Positions 51,083-62,631 of a stretch of DNA of 64,000 bases are shown piece by piece. The number at the start of each line of letters is the position of its first letter. Within the stretch, counting starts at the first letter, position 1. The notes beneath the pieces were generated by a model. That model was not told where the DNA came from, ran no database searches, and saw only the letters and a program-made list of their open reading frames with translations. The DNA lies in NCBI GenBank assembly GCA_963700285.1, contig CAVOXA010000014.1:736001-800000 (forward strand), read 5' to 3'. A program made the position numbers and the translations under genes. The DNA comes from an uncultured Chloroflexia bacterium. Lineage in GTDB: Bacteria; Chloroflexota; Anaerolineae; JAAYZQ01.

Positions 51083-51898
51083 TCAGCCAAAGCGTCCTGT
51101 GATATAGTCTTCCGTCCGCTGATCCTTGGGGTTGGTAAACAGCGACTTGGTTGGGCCGTATTCCACGAGGTAGCCAGCGCGGTCGTCATCCATATTGAAA
51201 AATGCGGTATAGTCTGACACACGCGCGGCCTGCTGCATGTTGTGGGTAACGACGATGATGGTATAGTTCTTGGCCAGTTCGCGCATCAGATCCTCAATTT
51301 TTAGGGTCGCAATGGGATCCAGGGCCGAGGCCGGCTCATCCATCAGAATGATCTCTGGGCGCACAGCGATGGTCCGGGCAATGCACAGGCGCTGTTGCTG
51401 CCCGCCAGACAGCGAATATCCGCTCTCATCAAGTTTGTCCTTCACCTCATCCCAGAGTGCCGCCTGTCGCAAGGATTTCTCGACAAGTTCGGCCATATTA
51501 CCCTTGAAGCCATTGATCTTTGCCCCCCAGGACACGTTTTCGCTGATGGTCTTGGGAAAAGGGTTGGGTTTCTGAAACACCATGCCCACGTGGCGCCGGA
51601 CTTCTACAGCATCTATGCCATCGGCATAGATGTTCTGCCCGTGAAAGAGCACTTCTCCCTTGGCATGCGCTGTGGGCACCAGCTCATTCATGCGGTTGAA
51701 GGAACGCAGCATCGTACTCTTGCCGCAACCGGAAGGGCCGATGATGGCCGTGATCTTGCGCGGCTCGATCTTCAGATTGACATCCTTGATCGCCCGAAAG
51801 TCGCCATAGTAGACCTGGAGATTGCGCGCTTCAACGGCATACTTGCCGTTGGATGATAGATACGTAGGAGCAGGAGTCAGGTTGCTCATGTCAGTCAT
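51083..51898 (-). CDS. pstB: Phosphate ABC transporter ATPase
   Basis: [39 protein letters not shown]. Confidence 0.97.
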   Translation of the reverse strand: MTDMSNLTPAPTYLSSNGKYAVEARNLQVYYGDFRAIKDVNLKIEPRKITAIIGPSGCGKSTMLRSFNRMNELVPTAHAKGEVLFHGQNIYADGIDAVEVRRHVGMVFQKPNPFPKTISENVSWGAKINGFKGNMAELVEKSLRQAALWDEVKDKLDESGYSLSGGQQQRLCIARTIAVRPEIILMDEPASALDPIATLKIEDLMRELAKNYTIIVVTHNMQQAARVSDYTAFFNMDDDRAGYLVEYGPTKSLFTNPKDQRTEDYITGRFG

Positions 51899-54045
51899 GT
51901 AATCCTCCTCTTCTGTGCCCGGTTGCGTAGGAGCACGGCGGCAGCATTCAGGGCCAGGAGTAGGGTCAAGAGCACGAGGATGGCTGCTGCCGCGATGTTC
52001 CGGAACTCATCCTGTGGACGCGACGTCCACTGGTAGATTTGGATGGGAAGCGTCGTAAACTTGGAGAACGGGCTATTGGGGTCGACGGTGATAAAAGTCG
52101 AGGCGCCGACCACGACCAGGGGTGCGGTCTCACCGATGGCGCGGGAAACCGCCAAGATGGTGCCCGTCAGGATACCCGGAAGCGAGCCGGGCAGGACGTG
52201 GTGCCAGATTGTCTGCCATTTGGTCGCTCCCAGGCCATAACTGGCCTGGCGCAGGGAATTGGGCACAGCCCGGATGGCCTCCTGGCCGTTGATGATGATC
52301 AATGGCAGGATCAATAGCGCCAGGGTCAGGCCGGCCGATATGATGGTCCGCCCATTGGCCGTAGTGGGATCGGTCAAACCCAGGAGTGTTCCGCTGGTCA
52401 GAGGTTCAAGAGCACGGACAAAGATGGCCAAGCCCAGCATGCCGTAGATGATGGAGGGCACACCGGCCAGGTTGTTGATATTGGTCCGGATTAAGCCATT
52501 GAGCCAGTTGTCTGCGGCGTACTCTTCCAGGTAGATGGCTGCGCCAACCCCCAGCGGAAAGGCTACACACACCGTAATGAGGATCGTAAACAGGGAACCA
52601 AGGATGGCCGTCCGCACGCCCGCTCGCTCCGGCTCGGGTGATTGGGGCGTGATCAGAAACTTGGGGTTGATCCAGGACACAAACTCGACATCTGCATCTG
52701 GATACTTGGCAGCGGCCTCGGCCAAGACCTCCGACCGCCTGAAAACGGAATCAAAGAGCGACCACGTCTGCTCGATCTTGGGTTCAACGACTCGCTCCAG
52801 AACCAAAGCATGCACATCCTCATGGGTACGCTCCACAAAAGGCATCTCGCTCTCATAACGCCGGAAGAGACCTTTGGACACGTTGGCCTGGAGAATGCCG
52901 ACCAGCGTCCCTTTGGGCAGATCCTGTAGGTTCTGATCCAGCACGGATTCGACGAAAAAGTCCAGGGTCCCGCTATCAGCCCCCGGAATGTAGCGTACGA
53001 TGGGCTCATGAGGCCAGTCCGGATCGACATCTGACCAATAACCAGCCTCTGCAAAGATCTGCTGTAGCTGCCCAGAGGTCGCCTCAGTCAAGAATCCGTT
53101 CTCCTGGCTGACGACAACGGCTAGGGCATCGGTTCCGACCCGGAACTCTGCTGGCTCTCGCTTCCCCTTGCGGCACAGCTCAACCTCTATGCGCTTGATG
53201 CGCCTGCTGGCGTTCGAGATCTCTGTGTCGCGGTCCACGCAGAATCGCCGGAAACCAGCGCTGCTGCCGATGCTCTCTACAGAGATCTCTCCCGAATAGC
53301 CATCGTTCTGGAACCTCTGAACCATACGCGCAGAGAGCGGAGCGACGGTAGAGCTTCCGACCGTTGTCATGTCACCCGCTACCGACTCGGGGCGCACAAC
53401 TGGCAGTTCACCAGCAACCGGCAGGCCCATCGCCTCCAGCCAGGCCGCTTTGGATTCGCGGAGCGCCTCGTCGCTGAGAGGGAAATAGCCGACAACCTCA
53501 ATCTCCTCATCAACGTGAGTCAGGTAGTAGTTAAGAAAGGCAGCGACATGGGGGAATTCCTGCATCAAGCCGGCCGTCGAGTAGAGGAACAGCGGCCGCG
53601 ATAGCCCATAGTCGCCAGAGTCCACCGTATCTGCGGTCGGAGCAACACCATCGACCGCAAGGGATCGTAGCTCTCCGGCATGGCTCTGATAGTAGGCATA
53701 GCCAAAGAAACCAATGGCATTGGGATTATCTGCGATCTTTTGCGCAAGCTCTTCATCGTCCTCGCTGTGCACCGTGTTGGGCAGCGAGAGCACGCGCTCC
53801 TTCTGCGCAGTCGCCGCCAGAGCCCCAGGGTCCATGCTGTTCTGACCAGCCACATAGCCAAAGGCGCCATTGATGATGTTGAGCAGCAGCGCCGTAAGCG
53901 CAATGATGCCAATTATTGTGGATACCTGTAGCACAAGCTGCCACGCTTTCGCTGTACGGTAGCGACCGGGGAGGTTGTCCCCAAAGTCATCGCCCTTGCT
54001 GGGGAAATCTATCTCCCGCGCCCCCGCCTTTCGTCGACGAGCCAT
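51895..54045 (-). CDS. pstA: Phosphate ABC permease PstA with an inserted, circularly permuted PstS-like domain
   Basis: C-terminal [26 protein letters not shown]; ~275-aa PstS-like insert after TM1. Confidence 0.92.
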   Translation of the reverse strand: MARRRKAGAREIDFPSKGDDFGDNLPGRYRTAKAWQLVLQVSTIIGIIALTALLLNIINGAFGYVAGQNSMDPGALAATAQKERVLSLPNTVHSEDDEELAQKIADNPNAIGFFGYAYYQSHAGELRSLAVDGVAPTADTVDSGDYGLSRPLFLYSTAGLMQEFPHVAAFLNYYLTHVDEEIEVVGYFPLSDEALRESKAAWLEAMGLPVAGELPVVRPESVAGDMTTVGSSTVAPLSARMVQRFQNDGYSGEISVESIGSSAGFRRFCVDRDTEISNASRRIKRIEVELCRKGKREPAEFRVGTDALAVVVSQENGFLTEATSGQLQQIFAEAGYWSDVDPDWPHEPIVRYIPGADSGTLDFFVESVLDQNLQDLPKGTLVGILQANVSKGLFRRYESEMPFVERTHEDVHALVLERVVEPKIEQTWSLFDSVFRRSEVLAEAAAKYPDADVEFVSWINPKFLITPQSPEPERAGVRTAILGSLFTILITVCVAFPLGVGAAIYLEEYAADNWLNGLIRTNINNLAGVPSIIYGMLGLAIFVRALEPLTSGTLLGLTDPTTANGRTIISAGLTLALLILPLIIINGQEAIRAVPNSLRQASYGLGATKWQTIWHHVLPGSLPGILTGTILAVSRAIGETAPLVVVGASTFITVDPNSPFSKFTTLPIQIYQWTSRPQDEFRNIAAAAILVLLTLLLALNAAAVLLRNRAQKRRIT

Positions 54046-55238
54046 TACTCGTATACCTCCCGGAAGCGCCGCACAATGCGCTGGCTGATGATGTTGAGGG
54101 ACAGAGTGATAAAGAACAGGACGAGTCCGATAGCAAAGATGCTGTTATAGTCGATGGAATCGTAGCTGATATCGCCGCCGCTGATGCGCACGATATGGCC
54201 TGTCATGGTTTCCGCTGAATCAAAGGGGTTCAGCGTAAAGTTTGGCCCCGCACCAGCAGCGATGGCGACAATCATCGTCTCGCCGATGGCGCGCGAGATA
54301 GAAACGATAAAGGCGGCCGTGATCCCCGACAGAGCCGCAGGGAGCACCACTTTGATCGCTGTCTCCCAGCGTGTAGCGCCCATGCCGTAGGCCGCCTCCC
54401 GGAGGGATCGCGGTACTGCGCTCAAAGCGTCCTCGCTCATGGAACTCACAAGAGGCAAGATCAGAATGCCGATCACGATGCCAGCGGAAGCCGTATTGTA
54501 GATCTGGACGGTCTCAACGCCGAAAATGGTGCGCAACAAAGGCGTCATGAAGGTAAGAGCAAAATAGCCATAGACGACTGTCGGAATCCCAGCCAGTACC
54601 TCCAGCACTGGCTTCAGGATGCCCCGCGCCCGGGGTGATGCGTACTCGCTCAGATAGATGGCTGCGCTCAGGCCAAGAGGGAGGGCGACGACCATGGCCG
54701 CAAGGCTGGTCATGAGCGTGGCGGTGACTAGGGGCCAGATCCCGAAATGTCCAATCTGGGGATTCCACTTGGTACCGGTCGCAAACTCAACCAGCGAGAC
54801 CTTGTTGGCCACGAACACCTCGCTGCCGATCTTGTGGGGAACAGCCTCTGTTCCGTTCACGGCGCGCTCGACTGTGTACAGGGCGGCATCTACATCGAGG
54901 ATGAGCATCTCTTCCTCGCTGATGCGGACGACGTCGTCCACTTCCAGGCTGGCGCCACCTGTACTCAGTTTCAGTATGGACTGGCTATAGCCAACAGGCG
55001 CCTCGATCTGCTTGTTCGTCTGCTCCCAAGAAACCTCGGTAAAGAAACTGAGCGACTCCTTGGCCAAAAAGTACACGATCCCAATGGTGGTAAAGATGGA
55101 CAAGACAGCGCATGCGAACAGAAGGGTCTGTATGACGCTTTCCCCGATGCGGGGGCGTTTCCGCAAGGCTAGCTTCAGGTCAGCGTCTGACATATCTATG
55201 ATGGTACTGCTTTGCCCCACCGCCATCTCTTTCTGCAT
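54045..55238 (-). CDS. pstC: Phosphate ABC permease PstC with extra extracytoplasmic domain
   Basis: [26 protein letters not shown]. Confidence 0.95.
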   Translation of the reverse strand: MQKEMAVGQSSTIIDMSDADLKLALRKRPRIGESVIQTLLFACAVLSIFTTIGIVYFLAKESLSFFTEVSWEQTNKQIEAPVGYSQSILKLSTGGASLEVDDVVRISEEEMLILDVDAALYTVERAVNGTEAVPHKIGSEVFVANKVSLVEFATGTKWNPQIGHFGIWPLVTATLMTSLAAMVVALPLGLSAAIYLSEYASPRARGILKPVLEVLAGIPTVVYGYFALTFMTPLLRTIFGVETVQIYNTASAGIVIGILILPLVSSMSEDALSAVPRSLREAAYGMGATRWETAIKVVLPAALSGITAAFIVSISRAIGETMIVAIAAGAGPNFTLNPFDSAETMTGHIVRISGGDISYDSIDYNSIFAIGLVLFFITLSLNIISQRIVRRFREVYE

Positions 55239-55305
55239 CTACTCCCTCCCGTGACAACGCGGCAGGATACGGGGATACCTGTACCCTACCGCCTGATAGA
55301 TATGG

Positions 55306-55340
55306 TGGCCGGGGAGGGAGGCGTTCTCCCTCCCCGGCCA
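55306..55340 (-). terminator. 15-bp GC hairpin between pstS and pstC (terminator or mRNA stabiliser)
   Basis: TGGCCGGGGAGGGAG-gcgtt-CTCCCTCCCCGGCCA. Confidence 0.65.
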
Positions 55341-55390
55341 TGGGCCATGCTCGTGAGGAGGCCCAACGGGTAGAAGCTATTTCCAGAAAG

Positions 55391-57399
55391 CTACTGGCCT
55401 ACGGCACCCAGCCAGGACTGCTTTGCAGCTTCCAGGCCCTCAGGGCTGGCCGGGAAGTAGCCCACATCCGTGATCTCTTCGTTCACATAGGTCAGGTAGA
55501 AGTTGATAAAGTCAGCCACCTGTGGCTTCTCTACCATGATGCTGGCCGTCGAGTAGATGAACAGCGGCCGGGCCAACGGATACTCGCCCTTGTCTACCGA
55601 CTCGGCGTTGGGCTCCACACCCTCGATCGACAGAATTTTGAGCACATCCTGGTTCTCGTCATAGTAGGCGTAGCCAAAGAAGCCAATGGCGTACGGGCTG
55701 CCCAGGATGCCTTGCACCAGCACGTTGTCATCCTCGCTCAACTGCGTGTTCGACGCCTCCAGGATCGGCTCCTCGTTCTCCTCAAAAACCTCTTCGACAA
55801 AGAAGTCAAAGGTTCCGCTGTCCGTACCAGGAATGAACCGCTGGATCGGCTCCCCAGGCCACTCCGGATTCACGTCCGACCACGTTTCCGCCGTCGAAAA
55901 GATCAGCGCCAGCTCCTCAAGCTCGCCCCAGTCCACAAAGTCGTTGTCCTGGCTAACCACTACTGCCAGAGCATCCGTGCCTACACGGAACTCGATCGGC
56001 TCGCGCCCTATCGCCTGGCACGACTCCACCTCCGAGTCTTTGATCGGCCGGCTGGCGTTGGAGATGTCCGTCTCCCCTTCCACGCAGAACCGCTCAAACC
56101 CAGCCCCGCTTCCGATGCTGTCGATGGTGATATTGTCCGCGTAGCCCTCGTCCTGGAACCGCGCTGCCATTGCCTCCGACAACGGGAACACCGTCGAACT
56201 GCCGGCCGTCACGATGTCGCCCGCTCACTTCCAACGGATTCACCTCAGGCAGCATTGTGCCTTCGGCTGCTGCGGGTTGCTCCGGCGGCGCTGGCGCTGC
56301 CACACTCAGAGCATCCATCCACGCCTGCTTGGCGGCGTTTAGGGCATCGGGGTTGGACGGGAAGTAGCCGACGCCCGTGATCTCTTCGTTGACGTAGGTC
56401 AGGTAGAAGTTGATAAAGGATCGGCCACCTGTGGCTTCTCTGCCATGATGCTGGCCGTCGAGTAGATGAACAGCGGCCGGGCCAGCGGGTACTCGCCTGC
56501 GTCCACCGACTCTGCGCGTGGGCTCTACACCCTCGATCGTCCAGGATGGTCGAGCGCATCCTCGTTCTCGTCATAGTAGGCGTAGCCAAAGAAGCCAATG
56601 GCGTACGGGCTGCCCAGGATGCCTTGCACCAGCACGTTGTCATCCTCGCTCAACTGCGTGTTCGACGCCTCCAGGATCGGCTCCTCGTTCTCCTCAAAAA
56701 CCTCTTCGACAAAGAAGTCAAAGGTTCCGCTGTCCGTACCAGGAATGAACCGCTGGATCGGCTCCCCAGGCCACTCCGGATTCACGTCCGACCACTTCTC
56801 CGCCGTCGAAAAGATCAGCGCCAGCTCCTCAAGCTCGCCCCATCCACAAAGTCGTTGTCCTGGCTAACCACTACTGCCAAAGCATCCGTCCCTACACGGA
56901 ACTCGATGGGCTCCCGCCCTATCGCCTGGCACGACTCCACCTCCGAGTCTTTGATCGGCCGGCTGGCGTTGGAGATGTCCGTCTCCCCTTCCACGCAGAA
57001 CCGCTCAAACCCAGCCCCGCTTCCGATGCTGTCGATGGTGATATTGTCCGCGTAGCCCTCGTCCTGGAACCGCGCTGCCATTGCCTCCGACAACGGGAAC
57101 ACCGTCGAACTGCCGGCCGTCACGATGTCGCCGCTCACTTCCAACGGATTCACCTCAGGAAGGGCCAAGACCGTTACTTCCTTGACCACTTCCACTTCCT
57201 TGACGACCTCTTTCTCTACTTCTTGGGTGACGACAACCACCACTTCTTGAGTGACGACGACTTCGACTTGCTTCTCGACTTCCTGAGTGACGACGACCTC
57301 AACGGTCTCCTTCACCACCCCAGGTGCTGGGGTCGAGCCGCATGCTGCTAGGAACAGGACCACGAGCAGCAATCCGATGACCCAAAAACTCCGACGCAT
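55391..57399 (-). CDS. pstS: Phosphate-binding lipoprotein with two near-identical PstS domains; apparent frameshifts
   Basis: Lipobox LAAC and VVVTQEV linker; GSSTVFP/GSGAGF/DSGTFDFF/GYAYY each occur twice; Pro/Ala linker between the domains. Confidence 0.88.
55455..57157. repeat. Direct repeat of ~800 bp (period ~900-910 bp) within pstS
   Basis: ~55455-56247 and ~56360-57157 are nearly identical at nucleotide level. Confidence 0.9.
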
Positions 57400-57472
57400 G
57401 TTGTCTCCTCCATTGAAACAGATGGTATTGTGGCAAACCTTGGCTCACCAAGAAAAAAGATACCACCTCACG

Positions 57473-57532
57473 ATTAACATTTAATCAAAACTAGGTAAAG
57501 AAGGGGTTAATGCCTTGTTAACGATTTGTTAA
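57473..57532 (-). promoter_or_regulatory. PHO-box array upstream of pstS (six 11-bp-spaced units)
   Basis: Minus strand TTAAC, TTAAC, TTAAC, TTTAC, TTGAT, TTAAT at exact 11-nt period. Confidence 0.8.
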
Positions 57533-57675
57533 CAACTGGTGCCAAGCTGGGCACCATTCTCCGGCACAGGTGCTACTTACAGGGGTGACTGGATTGAGCA
57601 ATGTCGGCCAGCAGGGTACCAGGGGAATGGCCATAATCGAGCAGGACCCGCGAATAGCCTGGGCTCTGGCCAGCC

Positions 57676-57729
57676 TTAACCGATTGTTAACCGGAGGCTA
57701 ACCAAAGCTTAATGCGGGGCGTGTATACT
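57676..57729 (+). promoter_or_regulatory. Divergent PHO-box array (four units) followed by -10 TATACT
   Basis: TTAAC 57676, TTAAC 57687, CTAAC 57698, TTAAT 57709; TATACT at 57724. Confidence 0.75.
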
Positions 57730-57835
57730 CATTTGAGTTGATCACAGAGGATGCTATCTTGGAGCGGGGTGCAGAGGGTGAAGCTTCTACCACCGGTTGC
57801 ACCACGTCTACAGCGAGGACCATCACAGGAGAGAG

Positions 57836-58150
57836 ATGATTCGCAAGAGGCCAACAAAAGATGAGAAGAAGGTAATCGTCGAGTTTGAGGTACCCGGCTC
57901 AGTCTGGGCTGAGCGCATCAACTTGGTCGGTGATTTCAACGATTGGGACCGTGAGAGCCTGCCCTTTGTGCGCAGTCGTGATGAGAACTGGCACGTCGAG
58001 CTGGAATTAGAAAAGGGATCTGAGTATCGTTTCCGCTATCTGGTCGATGGGGACAACTGGAACTACGACTGGCACGCCGACAAACATCTACCAGGAACGG
58101 ACGGCGCCTGCGATGCAATCGTGGTGGCCAGGGTCGGACCGGCATCCTAA
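57836..58150 (+). CDS. Stand-alone glycogen-binding (CBM48/isoamylase early-set) domain protein
   Basis: LVGDFNDW, W...LEL..G.EYRFRYLVDG.NW..D..AD; AGGAG RBS. Confidence 0.85.
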   Translation: MIRKRPTKDEKKVIVEFEVPGSVWAERINLVGDFNDWDRESLPFVRSRDENWHVELELEKGSEYRFRYLVDGDNWNYDWHADKHLPGTDGACDAIVVARVGPAS

Positions 58151-58181
58151 AGCGTCGCCTGTCTCATCCTCCAAGGCACAC

Positions 58182-59946
58182 CTACTCCACTGACAGAAGG
58201 GCGAACGAAAAAGTACTCCCCTCCCCTTCAACACTCTCCGCCCATATCCGGCCGCCATGGCCCTGCACAATGTGCTTGGCAATGGCCAATCCCAGGCCTG
58301 TGCCCCCCCCGCTGCGCGCCCTGTCCGCCTTGTAGAACCGCTCAAAGATCCGGGGCAGGTCGTCAGCCGGAATCCCCACACCGGTATCCTGTACTGAGAA
58401 CACGATCTCATCGGCGCTCTGGTCTGCTGAGATGACCACCCTACCCCCTGGCGGCGTGAACTTGACCGCGTTGTGGACCAGGTTCGTGACCACCATCTGT
58501 ATTCGGTCTGCGTCGGCAAGGACCAGTGGCAACGGCCTGGTTAAGAAGATGGTGAACTCTATGCCTGCCCGCTCGGCTTGCGGGCGCAGCCTGTCGGCTG
58601 GTGGTACAATCACCTCGGCGGCCGGCGTGGGCTCCAGGTGTAGAGGGGCTTGCCCCGACTCGACACGCGAGAGTTCCAACAACTCCTGCACCATCTGCGT
58701 CAAGGTGTCCACCTCGCTGTCCATGCGCTTGAGGAAGCGCTTGGCCGCGGGCGGATCCTTGATCGCCCCCCCACTTAGCGTATCCACCAGGGCTTTCAGC
58801 CCGGAGAGGGGCGTGCGCAGCTCGTGGGAGATGTTGCTGATGAAATCGCGGCGCACCGTCTCCAGGCGACGGATTCTGGTGAGATCCTGGAGAATAATCA
58901 GATAGCCTTGCGCGCCCACTTCTCGAAAAGGGGTAACGATCGCCTGCAGGAAGAGGTCATGGTGGCTGATATCAACGGTTTCGACCTGCTCGTCACCCGA
59001 CTCGCGGCATCGCTTCCACAGTTCGATAAGTTGGTGATGCGGGGCAGCCTGGGCGAAGGTACGCCCTACCGCTTGCGCCTCGCTTGTACCCAGGATCCGG
59101 GCTGTGGCCGCATTGATGAGCTCCACCCGGCCATGCTCATCAGTAATCAGTACCCCGTCCGCCATGTGGTCGAGCATGGCAGCCAGGCGAGCCCGCTCCT
59201 CGGCCAGGTTCGTCACTTGAACCCGAAGCTGGTCGGCCATATGGTTGAAAGCCTGGGTGAGCTGGCCAATCTCGTCGCGCGAGGTGGAGACAAGACGGGC
59301 ATCGAGATCCCCTTCCGCCATCCGTTCTGCGACCAGGGTAAGACGCCGTATTGGCCGCGCCATGCGCTCGGCGATGACCAAGGCCATGAGGGCAGCCAGA
59401 AGAGCCGTGACCAGGCCCGCGGTAACAATGTTCTGGCGGAGAAGACCGACATTGGCCTCGATCTCTCCCAAAGGCAGCGAAACACGGACGATGCCGAGCA
59501 CTTGCTCTCCATCTGGTGCAGTTGCTGCATAGGCGACGTACATCATGTCATAGCCGACAGTCTTGCTGAACCGAGTGCTACCAGCATGTCCTGTGTTCAG
59601 CGCACCCTCAACTTCTGGCCGGTTCAGATGGTTGTCCATTTGGGTCCGGTCGGCCTCAGAGTCACCCAGCACGACACCATCGGGGCTGATGATGGTGATT
59701 CTAGCCTCCAGCAGAGCTGGACCAGTGCTTGGCCAGCGCGTCCAGCGCGTCAGCAGGCTCGCCGCTGTCCAGTAGCGGCGCAACACTGTCGGCCAGCAAC
59801 CGGGCATCGGCCAGCAACTGGGCATCCAGATCAGCCAGCCGTGCCTGCTGGACCTGGTTCGATACATACAGGGTTAGCCCCAGAGTCGCCACCAGGATGA
59901 GGACCACATAAGGCACTGCGATACGCCAACGGAGGCCATGGAACAT
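58182..59946 (-). CDS. phoR: Phosphate regulon sensor kinase, one apparent frameshift near 59730
   Basis: N-terminal TM (59701-59946 ORF); NHLNRPEV, HAMP, PAS, RRDFISNISHELRTPL, RIFERFYKADRARS. Confidence 0.88.
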
Positions 59947-59952
59947 CTTTCG

Positions 59953-60693
59953 CTATCCCTCAAAGCAGTAGCCCACCCCGCGCACGGTGACGATCCGGTT
60001 CGGGTTGGCCGGATCAGCCTCGATCTTTTCCCGCAGCCAGCGGACGTGGACGTCAACCGTACGACTGCCACCGCCAAAATCCCAGCCCCACACCCGGTCC
60101 AGGATCAGATCGCGTGTGAGGGCAATGCCCTTGTTCCGGGCAAGGTACAAAAGAAGGTCGTATTCCTTGGGCTTCAGCCGCAACGGCTCGTCGTCACGCA
60201 GGACCTCATGGCGGTCCAGGTCGATGACCAGGTCATCAAAGGCCAACTGCTCGGTTTCGGGCTTGGCATCTTCAACCGTCAACTCCTCGCGAATGAGTCG
60301 CACCCGGCGCAACAGGGCCTTGACCCTGACCAGAAACTCATGCATGCTAAAAGGCTTGGTCAGATAATCATCGGCTCCCATCTCCAGGCCCACCACCCGG
60401 TCCACCTCGCCCGCCCGAGCGGTGAGCATCAGAATGGGCACGATCGTCTCCCGTCGCAGGATGCGACAGACCTCAAGGCCATCCAGGCCGGGGAGCATGA
60501 TGTCGAGCACGATCAGATCTGGCTGTGCCTCGCGAGCAACCTCCAGAGCAGTCAGACCATCGTTTGAGGTCAGGATCTCGTATCCCTTAGCGGCCAGGTT
60601 GTACTCCAGGGCCTCTAGCAGGGTCAGGTCATCCTCGACGACCAGGATCCGATTCTTCGCGCTGTGCTGCTTCTGTTTCTTTATCTTGCCCAC
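59953..60693 (-). CDS. phoP: OmpR-family response regulator PhoP/PhoB
   Basis: [44 protein letters not shown]; adjacent to phoR and pst. Confidence 0.9.
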   Translation of the reverse strand: MGKIKKQKQHSAKNRILVVEDDLTLLEALEYNLAAKGYEILTSNDGLTALEVAREAQPDLIVLDIMLPGLDGLEVCRILRRETIVPILMLTARAGEVDRVVGLEMGADDYLTKPFSMHEFLVRVKALLRRVRLIREELTVEDAKPETEQLAFDDLVIDLDRHEVLRDDEPLRLKPKEYDLLLYLARNKGIALTRDLILDRVWGWDFGGGSRTVDVHVRWLREKIEADPANPNRIVTVRGVGYCFEG

Positions 60694-60914
60694 GGCTCCA
60701 GCTCCCGATTCTTCTCCGGACAGACGATAGGATCGCCTCGAGGTCCAACCAAAATGAGGTGCTGCACACAAGCACGATCCGGGCTGGACCTGGCTGGCTT
60801 GAAAGGCCCCGATCGCGCACCATGCAACAGCAGTGTATACCAATCTGCCCAATTTGCCAAGAAAGGGTCCTGGACCTGCACCCTCGCTCCAAGTCCAGTC
60901 TCATTGAAGACAGC

Positions 60915-60965
60915 TTGACACGCCCCCCACAACGCGCTATAATACCCCTATCAAACGTTTGGTAG
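60915..60965 (+). promoter_or_regulatory. Consensus promoter with downstream palindromic TetR operator
   Basis: TTGACA-17-TATAAT, then CTATCAAAC|GTTTGGTAG (60948-60965). Confidence 0.8.
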
Positions 60966-60984
60966 ATCGAAAAAGGTCGAGGGC

Positions 60985-61572
60985 ATGACCCAGCACAAGG
61001 CATCCAGGCAGGACCAGCTCCTCGAGACGGCCACGCGCCTCTTCCGGGAGAAGGGCTACCACCACACCTCCATGCAGGACATGGCGGATGCCTTGGGCAT
61101 GCAAAAGGGCAGCCTGTACTACTATATCGAGGGCAAGCAGGACCTGCTGCGCCAATTGCTGGAACACGCCACATCCCTCCTGGCGGCCGGCATTGACGAT
61201 ATCTATGCCAGCGACCTACCGCCTGCCGAAAAGCTGCGCTGGGCGCTGGAAAAACACGCCGCGGCCATCATGGACCACCGGGACCTGGTCTCTGTCTACC
61301 TGCACGAATACCGCAACCTGCCCCCAGAACAACTGGAGCAAGCGCTGATCGTGCGCAAGCACTATGAGCAGGTACTGATGCACATCGTAATAGATGGCGC
61401 CACCGCCGGCGACTTTCGACCGGTGGACGCCAGGATAGCGGTCTTTGGCCTGCTGGGCATGCTCAACTGGACGCAGGAGTGGTTTTCGCCCGAGGGCCAG
61501 TTCACAGCCCAGGAAATTGCGCGCACACTGGCGGACTTGGCGCTGGGGGGACTGATGGCTCGCGGGACATAA
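60985..61572 (+). CDS. TetR-family regulator (KstR2/fatty-acyl-CoA-responsive type)
   Basis: A..LFREKGY..TSMQD.A..LG..KGSLYYY; GMLNW...WF.P.G. Confidence 0.92.
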   Translation: MTQHKASRQDQLLETATRLFREKGYHHTSMQDMADALGMQKGSLYYYIEGKQDLLRQLLEHATSLLAAGIDDIYASDLPPAEKLRWALEKHAAAIMDHRDLVSVYLHEYRNLPPEQLEQALIVRKHYEQVLMHIVIDGATAGDFRPVDARIAVFGLLGMLNWTQEWFSPEGQFTAQEIARTLADLALGGLMARGT

Positions 61573-61648
61573 AGCGGTATTCGGAAACCGTAAGTCGAAA
61601 GCTAGCACGGCGAGTATCACGGGTTCCTGCTGAGGAGGAGGTCGGGAA

Positions 61649-62569
61649 ATGCCAACAGTTGATCTTGAGGATCGTGGGACTGTCGCCTACTCCTGGACCG
61701 GGAACGGGCCGGAAACCCTTGTCCTGGTCAACGGTTCAGTCTTCAACTACCACCAATGGGACAAGCAGGCGCTGCCCATTCTGCAGCGGGAACTGGGCGG
61801 CCGCTGCCGCTTTCTCCAGTACGACTATATCGGCATCGGCGGGTCCTCGGCCAAGACCGCCCCCTTTCGAATGCTTGACCTGGCTGACGAGCTGCACGAC
61901 CTGCTGGATGCGCTTTCCGTCGATGGTGTTCACCTGCTGGGCATCAGCAAAGGCAGCCTGGTTGGCCAAGCTTTCCTGATCCGCCACCCCGACCGGGTCC
62001 AAAGTTTCTGCGGACTGGGCAACCCCAACCTGCTCTCCAAAGACTCGGCGCAGGTTTTTGACACCTTTCAGGGGCGCCTCGACGCGCTAGAGACGCTGAA
62101 GGAAACGTGGCCGCAGCGGATCAGCCGTGACAACTATGCCCGCATCTTTAACCAGATCTATGTGCCCTCCCTGTTCGACAAGCCCTACACCACCCTGTCC
62201 CTCGCAGAGCGGCTGCGCGCGCTGCTGGTACGGCGCATGATATACCCCGCCCTGGAGGGGACCTACGTCCAGACGATGGTAGATCTTTTTGATTATTATG
62301 TGAACTATGCCTCGGAGGAAGCACTGGCCTTTGCCCAGGGGCTGCCGCAGGTACGCGGCATCCCGATCCTTCTGCTCAATGGCACCGCCGACACGACGAC
62401 GCCTCTGTACATGTCGAGAGAACTGGCCCAACTGCTGCCCGAGGCTGAACTGGTCGAATTTGAGGGAGTGACCCACATGGGACCGATGATGCTGAAAAAA
62501 GAGGCCAAGCCGGTCTTTGACCGGTACCTCGCCTTTATGCAGCCCGAGGGTATGACGCGCAGCACTTGA
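61649..62569 (+). CDS. Alpha/beta hydrolase
   Basis: HLLGISKGS nucleophile elbow, GTADTTTP, THMG. Confidence 0.85.
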   Translation: MPTVDLEDRGTVAYSWTGNGPETLVLVNGSVFNYHQWDKQALPILQRELGGRCRFLQYDYIGIGGSSAKTAPFRMLDLADELHDLLDALSVDGVHLLGISKGSLVGQAFLIRHPDRVQSFCGLGNPNLLSKDSAQVFDTFQGRLDALETLKETWPQRISRDNYARIFNQIYVPSLFDKPYTTLSLAERLRALLVRRMIYPALEGTYVQTMVDLFDYYVNYASEEALAFAQGLPQVRGIPILLLNGTADTTTPLYMSRELAQLLPEAELVEFEGVTHMGPMMLKKEAKPVFDRYLAFMQPEGMTRST

Positions 62570-62631
62570 AACCACCACCAGTGGAACAGCCGGCCGGACC
62601 GGTAATGGGGACACAAGCAAGGAGGAAAAAC

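Noticed and set aside
57170-57310. Short repeats resembling a CRISPR or tandem array
   Set aside because: They encode the VVVTQEV/VVKEV lipoprotein linker of PstS and have no unique spacers.
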